Counted from the whole stretch's first letter, positions 49,122 to 62,291 are shown. The stretch: DNA of 63,365 nucleotides, filler included, from Globobulimina sp. (GCA_003354225.1; 54 parts of 54 records of this genome joined end to end with filler, not necessarily neighbours in it), one strand, 5' to 3'. Program-made: numbers and translations. The notes: generated by a model not told the origin, from the sequence alone.

Positions 49122-49419
49122 TGTAAATTAGTTTCTTAGTGAAAAAAACTTAAAGTACCAGTATTAAATCATGGAACTCCTTGTCAATTTTCGCTCCTCC
49201 ATTGACACATTTAATTCTAATGAGTTTGTTTTGTTTTGTGTGAAATTATTTGAAAAATATGAAAAACGAACNNNNNNNNNNNNNNNNNNNNNNNNNNNNN
49301 NNNNNNNNNNNNNNNTTAATTAATTAANNNNNNNNNNNNNNNNNNNNNNNNNNNNNNNNNNNNNNNNNNNNAATGAAATGCATCCAATATAAAATGGACG
49401 CATTTAATCTATATGTGTT

Positions 49420-49725
49420 ATGTCCAGTCAACACATATATGAAAATTGGAGTGCCCTGTCATTGTTGAGCGAGTCTGGTCTAAGCAAACGTTTGTATTCT
49501 GCGCTGCTGGAAGAGAAGAAATTGTTGGCCCAAGCTGTGTCTGAATTGATAGTAAATGCCTCCATATTGGATCAGAAGATCAAGAAACAAGACTTGAAAG
49601 TGTTTGAAAAAGGTTCCCTCAAGAGAAAGCGCACACTGTTGCTAACAAATCGCTACAGAAAGAAAGTTGTTCCTGTCATTTGTGAAGCAGGACTCAAGTA
49701 TCTCAAGCCCGATGGCGGCCATTAA
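49420..49725 (+). mobile_element. Polinton/Maverick (adintovirus)-like small basic protein
   Basis: LAQAVSELIVN..SLKRKRTLLL resembles, from recall, a conserved small Polinton ORF; intronless; overlaps the next ORF. Confidence 0.55.
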
Positions 49726-50050
49726 GATTGTTGAGCAACCCGATGACAAATCATTGGTAAAGGAAGATCTTATGGATTATATGAGTGGGTCAAAGGCTAA
49801 GCAATTGCTGTCAGAGTTGTGGCCGCATATAAAACTCGACTCCGATGGCCGAATTATGTACATTGGTGACGAAGTTGGAGAATTCATCCCTGGCAGTCCT
49901 TTAGTAGATTTGATCGAATATACGGTCGCAGATGACCAAAGCTTGTTGAGCAGACCTCTTGATATCGAAAAGTTTTGGACCATATTGGCTATCAATGATT
50001 TAAACAAGCGAGTTGTTGAAGGTGATAACAAATGGATAAAACTAGGTTGA
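49712..50050 (+). mobile_element. Polinton/Maverick (adintovirus)-like conserved protein
   Basis: KAKQLL..IKLDSDGRIMY..IPGSPLVDLI..RP..F..WIKL; AATAAA just after the stop. Confidence 0.6.
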
Positions 50051-50135
50051 TTTTATTTTTGAATAAAAGTTGCAATTGTAGTAATGGGTACAAGCGAAAC
50101 ATCAATTACTATTCAACACCACAACCAATCCTAAA

Positions 50136-50291
50136 TTGTGCGATCAATTTTTAGAAGATGTGCGTGAGCGTTTTCCTAAAGAGGATAAATTGATCAGCCG
50201 TGTCTCTATTTTTGAAGAGGGAGTAAATAAACGAGTACGGATGGCAAATCTTGCTGTTGTGGGATCCTTTTCCGTTAATGGTGTGGCAGCC
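50136..50291 (+). CDS. glgP: Glycogen/starch phosphorylase fragment (chimeric)
   Basis: FLEDVRERFP..RVSIFEEG..KRVRMANLAVVGSFSVNGVA. Confidence 0.85.
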
Positions 50292-50446
50292 TGCGAGAAT
50301 CCTGCGCTGCTAAAAGAAACCTTGCGAGACGAGTATGGGTTCCGCGGTTTTGTCGTCAGTGATTGGTTTGCGGTACGTCGAACCAGCAACGGTGCTGCCT
50401 GTGTTAAGTCGGGTATGAATTTAGAAATGCCAAAGTTTTTAAAAAA
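50277..50446 (+). CDS. GH3 beta-glucosidase fragment (chimeric)
   Basis: NGVAACENPALLKETLRDEYGFRGFVVSDW..GMNLEMP, including the catalytic SDW. Confidence 0.85.
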
Positions 50447-50546
50447 NNNNNNNNNNNNNNNNNNNNNNNNNNNNNNNNNNNNNNNNNNNNTTAATTAATT
50501 AANNNNNNNNNNNNNNNNNNNNNNNNNNNNNNNNNNNNNNNNNNNN

Positions 50547-51478
50547 AAAAAACCATACATCCCACAGATAAAATTCATATAATTCTTCAATGCACATTTC
50601 AATGAGGTCATCACTGAATTATTTGATGTTTTATTATCTCCATTTTTTATCGGAAAACAAATACATTTTGAACCAGTAATTTTATCATGTATTAACGGAG
50701 TACTTTGTGAATTATTCCGTAGTTTCAGCATTGGTATTTCTGCGTGATCCTCGTTTGAATGCTCCTCCATATTTGACTCCAAAAGTAAAGCAACCACTAT
50801 CAACACAGAAACCAGTATACATCCAATGGAACATGAATAAAACATTGGTTTCCAGACACGATATGTGTCATAAATATATGCTTGAACATATTGGATTGCA
50901 ATTAAAGAAAAATATGAATAACATTTGGCGCAACCAAAGCCCAAAGACAGTGCATCACTCCCCAGCCGTTTATTAATTATCGAGAGTACAGAAATAGCGA
51001 TGGGTGCCTGGGCAATGCCTGCCATTAATTGAGTGACAGTGGCTATTTGGATATTTGGTGCAAACGCAAATAATGCGGAACATATACTCATGAATAAGGA
51101 GCATAAAAGTGATATAAATTCAGGTGAATATATTTGCAATATTATTCCGGATGGTATTTGCATTGTAAAATAGCCAACAAACAGTAATGATGAACATAAC
51201 CCGATTTGAGATGTCGTTGCATGAAAGTCATCCTCCAATACGTCAGCAATTGGTGCAATTGCTTGGCGAAAGAAAAATGAGAAAGTATAAATTTGAGTTA
51301 TGCAACATACAAACAGGTAATCATAAAATGTATGTTTCCACGTATTTTTTACAGATTTTTGGCCTTTTGTGTTGTTATAATCGTTCTTGTTTGTTTTGTC
51401 CATTGTGCGGATTAACATAAACGATGAGTTTTGGCACGTACTGTTTTCATGACAAAAAAGCCGATGTACATTGTGCAA
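50547..51478 (-). CDS. MFS transporter, N-terminal half (real start probably near 51403)
   Basis: FFFRQAIAPI..SQIGLCSS..YFTMQIPSG; multiple TM helices. Confidence 0.85.
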
Positions 51479-53100
51479 GGATGATATGTATCAATAAGAA
51501 CGATATAAAGTATATAAAGCATCGTATGATAAATTAATAAGTACTTAATTAAATTATATTATACAAATAATAGTTACGAACTAATTCATTCCTCCAGTCT
51601 GTGTATTAAATATATATATATNNNNNNNNNNNNNNNNNNNNNNNNNNNNNNNNNNNNNNNNNNNNTTAATTAATTAANNNNNNNNNNNNNNNNNNNNNNN
51701 NNNNNNNNNNNNNNNNNNNNNTGTAGATTGGTTTGAAAGGATTTGTTTTGAGATTTTGTATAATGGTTTGGATTGTTTTTATTTTAAACGCGTATAATTT
51801 GGCGTTTGTATGGGTTTGTATGAGTATGTATAAGGGTGGATTTTATTTCAGACGGTTACTGTTGAGAGTACTTTTAAAAATCTGAAAATCTCAAAACTGA
51901 ACCCTTTGAACCAATCTACAGGGAAAGTAATCTTGGCGAACGAACATATTCCATGTCAGTTGTTGAAAATAACCGACTAAAGTGTTTTCCATCTCGGTTG
52001 GTCCAAACCCATGCACCTTATATCCATAAAGGACTAATATTATGTAATAAAAATACAGCAAGATTATAGTGCTGGTTTGTATAATCTTTTTGAACCTCAT
52101 GAAGAGGTATTTGGATTGTGATATCGATATATATATATATATCAATTGCAAATTTTGGTGTTGTTTTATTTAGAGTGGGTAGCTATTCCAGCTCTATAAT
52201 CTATATGTGATATCAGTTATAATTATTCGTTAAATTTGATGGCGATTGCCATAGCTATATATATATAATTAATCATTGATTTATATGCGTTTGATATAAC
52301 TGAATATGGATTGTCGTGTCGTCGATCCACAAAAATATAATAACAATTCAATATTAATAAAAATGTATCTTGAAGATATGGATCGATAAGGGGTTATCAG
52401 CACAAGAAAGATGAATTTGAGGATCCATTGAGAGAGAGATGAATATTTGAGTTGTCAGCACAAAAGAGATAATTTGATACAACTGCCATAATGAGGATAA
52501 AATGCTAACATTTAGAAATAATTCCATTTATCTTTCATTATTATTCATGGGAGATATTGCATTGGTTTTGATTAAATATCTGTATATATATATCGTCAAA
52601 TACAAAAACGGAGACCAGAGATCATGGCAACCTTAACTTTACAAAATCTGCTGTTACTGAAACTTATTTAAATGGTTTGCATAGCTATCTATATCACTCA
52701 ACACAACAAAATATATTCTTTAAATCACATAATACACAAAATAGAAACTTGTGACCAACTTTTCCAAAAAGTGAAAATTTGGTAATTTCTAACTTTNNNN
52801 NNNNNNNNNNNNNNNNNNNNNNNNNNNNNNNNNNNNNNNNTTAATTAATTAANNNNNNNNNNNNNNNNNNNNNNNNNNNNNNNNNNNNNNNNNNNNCAAT
52901 ATTACTCGTTTTAGATTTACTTTTTTTTATTGCTTAGTTTCGGTAATTTTTATTCTAAATTATTTCTAATATATGCTTGGACGAAATTATTGTTTTTTTT
53001 TATTTAAATGGTCTTATAATTATTGCATTTAGAATGATTTTTGTGATATCCGGGCCTTGATTTCCAGGAATAAACCTCAGTCACTTGACTTTAAAAGAAA

Positions 53101-53721
53101 ATGGGGCTCTTAATTAGTAAAGTGTTTCATGCCTTATTTGGAAACCAAGAAGTTCGGATTCTCATTCTGGGCTTAGATGGAGCTGGGAAAACAACAATAG
53201 TTTATAAGTTGGTAAGTCCCGACCAAGTAATATCATCACCTTTAGTGCCGACAATTGGATTTAATGTAGAGAGTGTGCACTATAAAAATGTCAAATTACA
53301 AGTATGGGATCTCGGCGGCCAAACAAACATTCGACCGTATTGGCGATGCTATTATCCAAATACCAATGCTTTAATATTTGTTGTCGATTGTAATGATCAT
53401 AAACGATTAAAAATAGCACGTAAAGAATTTTTAAAATTATTAGTTAAGTAAATTAAGTATAATAATAATAATAATACGCCACATCACATCATAATTAATA
53501 TTAATATAAAGGAAGAAGAGGAATTACAAAATGTGACTATTTTAGTGTTTGCCAACAAACAGGATTTAAAAGGAGCATTAAGCGCTGATGAGGTGTCTGA
53601 AGGATTGGGTTTACCGTCAATAAAAAATAGAGCATGGCATATTCAGCCATCGGTTGCCAAACAAGGTAAGGGATTGTCCCAAGGTTTAGATTGGTTAACA
53701 AATCAAATAAAAGGAAAGTAA
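53101..53721 (+). CDS. ARL1: ARF-like GTPase ARL1, intron 53443-53511
   Basis: MG.., [39 protein letters not shown]; splice gives LL|EEEELQN. Confidence 0.93.
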
Positions 53722-54204
53722 TAATAATTACTTAATTAATTAATTGATTAAATTGTTTCATTAATTCAATAGACAACGAATCATTTAACTGTCTATTTAA
53801 ATTGTTTCACACTTCATTTGTTTCGCACTAACTACTTTTACTAAAAACAATTCACCTCAAAGCAAGTAGCACCATCGCTGTTCTGTTTAATTAAGTTGAA
53901 CAAAATTGTGTTGCAATTCTTAGTATTTTGAATTCGAAGATGTCAGGCCTGGATATTGAACGCATTCAAAANNNNNNNNNNNNNNNNNNNNNNNNNNNNN
54001 NNNNNNNNNNNNNNNTTAATTAATTAANNNNNNNNNNNNNNNNNNNNNNNNNNNNNNNNNNNNNNNNNNNNTTTTTGTTTTAATGTCAGTTTTGAATATA
54101 TTATAATTGTTTTTTTTTTACCTCTCTAATTCAGAACAAAATTGCAATGTTAATTGTCAAAAGTTTACCTTGATCGCATGACGCATATTCATTAATTTCA
54201 TTAA

Positions 54205-54318
54205 GGGAATGTTCTAGTAATAACTTGTTTTTGCAAGCTGGTCACTCCGATCTCAATTGTAATTGATGACACCCAGGCCTAGGTATCAATTCTAATTACG
54301 TAATACTAGAACATTCCC
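54205..54318. mobile_element. PIF/Harbinger (Tourist-like) MITE, 114 bp, TAA TSD
   Basis: 15-bp perfect TIR gggaatgttctagta / tactagaacattccc; TAA at 54202-54204 and 54319-54321. Confidence 0.8.
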
Positions 54319-54779
54319 TAACAGACATTTAATATTTTTTTTATATGTTTGTAAATGTGTGAACCTGATAATTGATGTCTAGCTTACTTCGTGAAAATGT
54401 TAAAATCACTGTTAAACTACAAATGTTTAGAAATATTTTTCTAGATCACATAATAATTATCAAAACGATGAGCAAGAAAACTAAAAATTTGTCGTTTGTG
54501 AGGTGAAATTCATTGATTTCTTAGTGAACATTTTTAAGGTTTTTCATGTAATGTTAAAAACGAAAACTGTAATTAATCGTTCAGATTTCTAAAAAAACAT
54601 ACTCGCACCCAGAATAAACTAATATACAGATAATTAACATTTCATATTTCATCATGCTTCAAAAAAATGTTTTTAACATTATTAATAAAATGTTATCTTT
54701 TAACATTATATTTTTAACCTGTTTTCCTTCCAAAGTTTTTAAGATTTATATATTTACTAACTTATTCTTCAAATCAGCC

Positions 54780-55080
54780 ATGGGATCTACCAATTCTACT
54801 CCAATTCCAACTGTTTCAAGATCAATGCAGTGTGTTCCAGCAATGAGACTTGAGTTTATCCGTCAATTGAGAGGTACACATATTTAATATACATCGAGTA
54901 TCACAGAATAAATAAAATATTCACTCAGACTTTGCGGATAATGACCCTAAATTCTATAGAATACGCAAAGGGAAATATGCATTATATACATCCCCCATTA
55001 TGGCTGCTGTACAATCAATGGCTAGGCACGAATATATTGTCATAGAATATGGCCGCAGACTACGGAGACCAGTAAACGGG
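54780..55080 (+). CDS. N-terminal exons of an uncharacterised protein (MGSTNS, possible myristoylation), intron 54874-54928
   Basis: 55-nt GT..AG intron restores the frame (..IRQLRDFADNDPKF..). Confidence 0.5.
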
Positions 55081-55246
55081 TTAAGTTATATAATACATCC
55101 ATATCAATGTAACATGCACATGTAACAAATGACAGATTTACCTATGNNNNNNNNNNNNNNNNNNNNNNNNNNNNNNNNNNNNNNNNNNNNTTAATTAATT
55201 AANNNNNNNNNNNNNNNNNNNNNNNNNNNNNNNNNNNNNNNNNNNN

Positions 55247-56321
55247 AATATATGGTGGCCTGAATGTTTGTTCCTTTATTGAGTTCCAATTCCAATTCTT
55301 TTCATTCGTAAACCACCGATGTTGATATATTTGCTTGATATTAATTCTATATTTTGGATTTTTAACTAATAGACAAGATATTAAATGCAACAAATCGTTG
55401 CTATCATTATGCGTCTGTTCAAAAGGTATATTTTTATATAATATGTCATTATATGATTCAAATGGAGTGTATCCATAAATCATTTCAAATAGAAATATGC
55501 CCAAACTCCAAATATCAATTTCAAAGCCTTGCCAATAATTTGCAAGCATCTCTGGTGATAAATATTCTTTTGTCCCACAAAAAGTAAGTGTGTGATTTCT
55601 TTTTTTTGATAATCCATAATCAATCAATTTACAATACCCATTTGAACAAATCATAATGTTTTCGGTCTTAATATCTCTAAAAATTATATTATATGAATGT
55701 AAATAATCGATTGCGATCACGATATTTGACAAATAAAAGCGTGATATTTTCTCACTGAATGCATTGTTGTTTTTTAATAAATCATATAACTCTCCGCCTA
55801 ATATAGGTTCCAGCAAAAAATATAAATAATATTTATCACAATATCGCGCATATAATTTGCAGCAAAACTGTGCCATTTTATTATCAGAACACAAATCTTT
55901 GGATATTAATGTCAACACAGATCGTTCATTCATGATATATTTTTCTTGATTGTTTGCAATTATTTTATTTTTATTTAATTTTTTTAATGAATATGTTTTA
56001 TTTGTATTCTTATCACGCACTAAGTCAACAACACCAAACGAACCAAGTCCGAGGTTGCAAATTACTGAAAATTCATTCAATTTCGTTTGTGTTTGATTGA
56101 CAAATGGTTTGTGAAACGAATGCCAACTGATCTGTGCATATTTACTCTTATTTAAGGCCCACACACTGCAATTTTCTGCTGCTGCAAAAATAGATACATT
56201 TGGTAATTGCGGTGTGTTATATATCAAATGACACTCACCAAAGGTTGACCATTTTATTAGTTGCAAATTCTCGATTTTCACATCTTTTTGATATACCTGA
56301 AAAGTACCACAACCAACCACA
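55247..56321 (-). CDS. cGMP-dependent protein kinase-like (cNMP-binding domain + AGC kinase)
   Basis: TFGECHLIYNTP (cNMP); LGLGSFGVV, ILGGELY, FRDIKTEN, DYG, TFCGTKEYLSPE, PPYI. Confidence 0.88.
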
Positions 56322-56932
56322 NNNNNNNNNNNNNNNNNNNNNNNNNNNNNNNNNNNNNNNNNNNNTTAATTAATTAANNNNNNNNNNNNNNNNNNNNNNN
56401 NNNNNNNNNNNNNNNNNNNNNTTAAATTACTATCCACGTTTTTACTGTTCGTGTTACCCATTTCAAGCCAATCGCGAAAAGAAAACTTTATTTGTTAGTC
56501 AAGGAAGGATGCTCTCAAGTTGTTTTACTGGCGTTGTACATAATTCCCTCTCTGTTTTTTGTTAACGCTTAGTAATCAGATCTCATTTATTTGCTTGCAT
56601 ACATACCTTCCTGTGGTTCTTTGGAAAGTATGTTTCCCATTATTCCTTGAGTATAATTTATCTCACTAAGCAAACAACCCTCAATAAATATAATCTGATG
56701 TATTAGAAAATACTATTAAAATACAGAAAAAAAATATTAAAAAACCACACGACTCCATTAATTTTATACACATGAATCTATTGCCACTCAAAGAACATAT
56801 ACACAAAAAAAAAACCCAAACAATATGTGCTATAATTAATACAATATGAGACATATAAAAAGACTTAAACAATTACGTAGTATCCATATTAAAAAAAACA
56901 AACAAATGACATACGTATACATTAATATATTA

Positions 56933-57495
56933 TCAATCAGTTTGTTGGCTTATTTCCTCATTTGGTTCATCATCAACATTGTCATTATGTATCTCATTTT
57001 CTTCACTCTCATCCGCTTCATTTTCAATCACCGCACTTCCATCCATATCTATCTTCTTATTATCATCATCCTGTACCTGTCCATGTGCATCATCCCTTAC
57101 ATTATTGACCAAATGCACATCTTCTTCAATTTTCCGTTCAATTTCCTCCTTATTCATATCCTCAATCTGTTCACTTTTCACCTCCACATTTTCACTGGCA
57201 ATTTCTTGCGTTTTTGTTTCTATTTGCTCCACATTCATATTTGCATTGTAATTCTCCTCAATCGGCGAGATATTCAATGCATCGCGAATCAATTCCTCCT
57301 GGTTTTTGATCTCTTTCCCAGGCGTAAAATTCATTAATTTCTCCAAAGCAATCACTCTTTTCCCTAAATACGTATTTGCAAAGCGCAAACTCTCCAAAAT
57401 CACCTCTTTCTGTTCAATGGTCGAACTTAATTCATTTGCTAAGCCCTGCAATTCACCGCATTGCGCATTTAATTGTTGTTTGCTTTTCGTAATTA
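56933..57495 (-). CDS. Coiled-coil protein C-terminus with acidic tail
   Basis: Heptad-rich region, then an E/D-rich tail. Confidence 0.5.
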
Positions 57496-57595
57496 NNNNN
57501 NNNNNNNNNNNNNNNNNNNNNNNNNNNNNNNNNNNNNNNTTAATTAATTAANNNNNNNNNNNNNNNNNNNNNNNNNNNNNNNNNNNNNNNNNNNN

Positions 57596-58669
57596 TTATT
57601 ATAAATAAAGGTTATCAAATATCCGACGAAGCCTTTGGTACCGTCTCAACAAAAGTAAAAGGAACAGCATCCACCGGAGACTTCAATGATTGGCACAATA
57701 TGACAGTATATGATGCCATGGATATTATCCATCCATCTGTCGAATCGAATGCATTATTTTTAACCACGGCTTTTGTGGATACACCATCACAAACACGCGG
57801 TGTCTGTGATGGTAATCCCGATATTGATTTATGTGAAAATGATAACGATTGCTCTGAGAATGAACATAATTGGAAATCTCAAGGTGTGTTAACAGGAAAA
57901 TGTGGTACAAATGGTCGTTGCCAAGTACTTGGTTGGTGTCCATTGGAAGATGATACGAATGTGATCAGTCTAAATAACATTGGTAGATTTACAGTATTTG
58001 TTAAAAATGATATAAGATTTCCAAATTTTAACATTGAAACAACCAATGCCAAGGTAAGTACATCACGTATGTTTTGAAAATAGTTTCGCAGTTTTTTAGC
58101 ATGGTAAACAAATAAAAGGATTATGAAAATAGTGGGAGATTGACGTTTGGGAAAAATTTATTTGTGATCGATGATATTGTTGGTGATGCGACACACTTTG
58201 AATATAATACGTCAATGTTAGCCACTTCCGGGGCCATAATATTGGTTGATATTGATTGGAGTTGCAATTTGGATGCGGGTTTAAATGAATGTGATCCACA
58301 ATTTACATTTGAAAGAATCGATAATGATGGGGATGGAATATCGACTGGTTTTAATTTCAGAACTGTGGTTTATACGAATGATTCAAACACGCGGCAATTA
58401 AAAAAATTATATGGAATACGAATCACATTTATTAGCAGTGGGAGAGCTTCGCGATTTGATTTTGTTGCATTGTTTATCACTTTAGGCGCAGGCATTGCGT
58501 ATTTGGGTGTTGCTAAATTGGTCACTGATGTTGGACTGTCTTATCTGATGAAAGATAATCCAAAATATCAGAAATTAAAATCAATTACAATTCCAACATT
58601 AGCAAAGCAAAAAACATCGAGAAATATTTTTAAAGATGCTGCTGGTCAACAAAATGAAACAACTGATAG
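57596..58669 (+). CDS. P2X purinergic receptor (ATP-gated channel), intron 58054-58118
   Basis: KGYQ, STKVKG, Cys-rich head with GWCPLE, FTVFVKNDIRFP, GFNFR, RQLKKLYGIR, TM2 LGAGIAYLG. Confidence 0.93.
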
Positions 58670-58849
58670 NNNNNNNNNNNNNNNNNNNNNNNNNNNNNNN
58701 NNNNNNNNNNNNNTTAATTAATTAANNNNNNNNNNNNNNNNNNNNNNNNNNNNNNNNNNNNNNNNNNNNTTTTCATTATTTTCATCTTTTAAATTCATCC
58801 AAACATTAAACTCATCCATTTTCTCCATAAACATCTTCCTTTGTTTGAT

Positions 58850-59512
58850 TGAATTGAATAAAACACAGAGTTTTCCATCGAGACTATTTTATCGTTAATT
58901 GAATTTTCGCAGTTTCAGAGGAATATATTTGAATTTGTGCAGACAATCAATGGATTTGAATATGATGAAAACTTTATTCCCATTGATGATGTATGGAGGA
59001 TAAAGTTTGATTTTTTGGTGTATCCCACATCAGTGCCAAATTCATCCATTGTTTATGCGCCGTTACGCAACGATGAAGTTGCATTATGTGTACATTTAGC
59101 AACGACCAATATGGTAATGAATGAGAACATTGCTGAGGACGATGGAACCGGTGATTATTTGTATGATTTTTTATATGTAAGGAATAGTAAAAGAAATGAG
59201 GAAAATAAAAAGGATTTCGGCACACAAATGCAGAAAATTGAGTTTTTAATGCGATGTCATAAATTATATTCGAAATATATTAAGATTGGATCTGAGCTCG
59301 AGATACATTTATCAGTCAAACAAAGGAAGATGTTTATGGAGAAAATGGATGAGTTTAATGTTTGGATGAATTTAAAAGATGAAAATAATGAAAATAATGA
59401 ACAGTTAAATATGTTATTCCAAATTTTTAATGACGCCATGGAAGAAATGTATACATTGTTGAATTATTCGTTTGTTAGATTTAAATATTCGTGGATTAAC
59501 GGAGATATATAA
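58850..59512 (+). CDS. RGS-domain protein C-terminus
   Basis: FSIE.ILSLIEFSQF, LYSKYIKIGSELEIHLS..R, IFNDAMEEMYTLLNYSFVRF. Confidence 0.75.
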
Positions 59513-61492
59513 CTATTTTTGCGTGTGTCATATTGTACAGTTTTTTGTTTCTTATGTGTGATGCATTATTAATTTGCTTTATATAACGTGAATTTATATA
59601 TATGCCTCATAATGTGCAAGGAGTACTTGACTCGACATTTAAACTAAACTTTATTTTGAAATATATCGATCACTTTATTTTGATTTCTTAGACTTCTTAG
59701 TACAGCTCGCATTTAGTTTAGAATTTTCGTCCAAAAACACGGCAACTGACTCACTTTAATACTTACTGATGCTAATCTATATCTTTCTCGTTACCTATCG
59801 ATTATTATCATACACAAATGCGCAAACGTACACTTTCGTGAATNNNNNNNNNNNNNNNNNNNNNNNNNNNNNNNNNNNNNNNNNNNNTTAATTAATTAAN
59901 NNNNNNNNNNNNNNNNNNNNNNNNNNNNNNNNNNNNNNNNNNNCTGAATTTGTTTTGTTTGTTGCTCAAAAATAAATTCTGTTCCCATAATTGAAGTTGT
60001 TACCAAGTAAATTATAAAGGTAAAGCATTAATTGAATCTTCAATTTTTGGATTTTTGGTAATTTTTTTTTTTTTTGATTAGCATACGCATTGCCAGTCGT
60101 CCCAAATTTATTGAATTACAGCACTGCAGACACAACTATTGAGCTAATTTTAATAATTCATTGTGATCGGACTTCACTGCAGTGACTGCAGTACGTCATA
60201 ATTTTCATTGTGATGATCGGAAATTAATATAGGATTTAAAAGATTCAATTGTAGAACGTGCAAATAAATAAATCAACCAAACTCATAATTTGCATTATCC
60301 AAATAAATCAACCAACCACGAGCTACAAATGCATGACATCTTAGATGAATCCAGTAATGGATCCAAACAATATGTATATTGTTCGAACCTAAACGGGAAA
60401 CAGGATGAATTTCCATATACAAAGAAAAGGAGTAGCGGCCAAATAAAACATAAAGTATGTAACATGAATTAATTAATTTGTTTTTCAACAGTATGTATTA
60501 TGAAATATACCAAAATAGATCACAGATACCATATTACAACGAGACTCTAATCGATGTGACCAATTTATTACATCCAAAAGAACATTTTCTCAAAATAATC
60601 ATTCAGAAATACAGAAAAATACAATGATAGGAATGAATGAACAAAAATATAAACCTCCAAAAAAATTACTGTTATTGAGACAATCACAAACCGCAGATCC
60701 TATTGTTCAAATTAACAAACAGCCATCAATACCACTTAGTTATTGTTATCGACCAAAATATCACACTTTGAATCATCTCAAATCATGAAACATCTAACGT
60801 GCAATTCAAAATCCAATATTTAGCTATAATGTAAGATGAAACCAGCTTAAATAAATCTTTTTATGTCTGTATCTGTCAAAATAACAGCAATTCACTCACT
60901 GTTAGGACTTTCTAATCCTGTGTGGTTGCCATTTACTTTAAATTTTAATTTTAATTTTATAAGTTTACTTGTACAAAGTTTCTGACAATGAAGCACAAAA
61001 AGCAAATTCTTCTCCTTNNNNNNNNNNNNNNNNNNNNNNNNNNNNNNNNNNNNNNNNNNNNTTAATTAATTAANNNNNNNNNNNNNNNNNNNNNNNNNNN
61101 NNNNNNNNNNNNNNNNNAATATATAGTTTGTTGACTGTCCGGTTGTAGACAGCACGCCCGCTCTTACACTCGTTTTGTATAAGGGACAGTTGTAATATTT
61201 ATCGATCATCATTGGATGGTAAATGTTGAAATTTACAAACACAGTGACACTGCATAGCAGTTGGGTAAATTCCAGGATAAGATCAAAACGTACTCATCGT
61301 GATAACTGCATCACAGCCACTCAAAAACTTAAATGATAACGAGCAAAAATTAAAGTTGTCAGGGATGAGGAAAGGAGTTATTTCCCAAGAGAGCACGCTT
61401 CCAACTCCCCAGGAAAAAGTTTTAGGACGACATCCTCGACGATGTAACGCACTTATCGTCAAGACTGATTATCGAAAGAATTATGAAACTAA

Positions 61493-61997
61493 TTATATTT
61501 CATCCAACTTTCTTTTTTTTCCAAGAATACTGTTTGTCAACACTTTATGATGCACAACAATATCATCATTTTTATGATTATTAACTTTTATCACTTCGCC
61601 CAACTCATTTATAATGTAATTTTTTCCATCAATAATGCTGGGCGCCACCGCAGAGGCTTTATGTTTGGGCACAAAATGAAAATTCGAACCAACAGCGCCC
61701 AATAACATTTCAGTGATTTTAATCCAATCTGCCACATTTTTGGAAGCAAACAGCGTCTCCAAATCATTGCGTCCAACATAGTGCATTGAAGCAGCAATTC
61801 CCTGATTAATTTTAGCGGGTTTCTCCAGAACACCGACCGGAATATATCTACATAGAAAGTACAACCATTCCAATAGAAAGCGGCGTGTATTATCAACTCC
61901 TCTTTGGTCCGAACCCCAACGCTCCAATCCATAGTTGACATATTTCTGTATAATGTCCAATCTCTCCGAGGATGAAATGTCAATGCATTTCTTTTCT
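61493..61997 (-). CDS. DUS3: tRNA-dihydrouridine(47) synthase DUS3, C-terminal exon
   Basis: [72 protein letters not shown]. Confidence 0.93.
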
Positions 61998-62291
61998 ATT
62001 TACAAAGCATGGAATGTGCTCATTCTCATTGATGAGAAAGATATACATTCTATAACATTAAGATAAAAAGAAACAGAATGGTTTGTAAAAAGAAAGCATT
62101 GTCTGTTAGGGGTTGTTCTTATATTGCGCAATAACAATTGAGACCTAGGACCTAGGTACCATGATATTGCAATTAAGGATCCCTAGACATGNNNNNNNNN
62201 NNNNNNNNNNNNNNNNNNNNNNNNNNNNNNNNNNNTTAATTAATTAANNNNNNNNNNNNNNNNNNNNNNNNNNNNNNNNNNNNNNNNNNNN

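Noticed and set aside
50136-50446. Novel phosphorylase-glucosidase fusion enzyme
   Set aside because: Both parts are internal fragments joined at microhomology in a multi-source contig; a chimera is far more likely
51722-52796. Coding potential in this contig and in 59944-61017
   Set aside because: Only short ORFs without recognisable motifs; nothing I can support
56846-57337. Hydrophobic plus-strand ORF (and similar shadow ORFs such as 5031-5381, 17820-18272, 27832-28173)
   Set aside because: Antisense shadows of real or low-complexity coding sequence on the other strand
1077-62291. Regularly spaced TTAATTAATTAA motifs as a biological repeat or CRISPR-like array
   Set aside because: Always embedded in N runs; a synthetic six-frame-stop linker. 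ORF ends reading XXXLIN are artefacts
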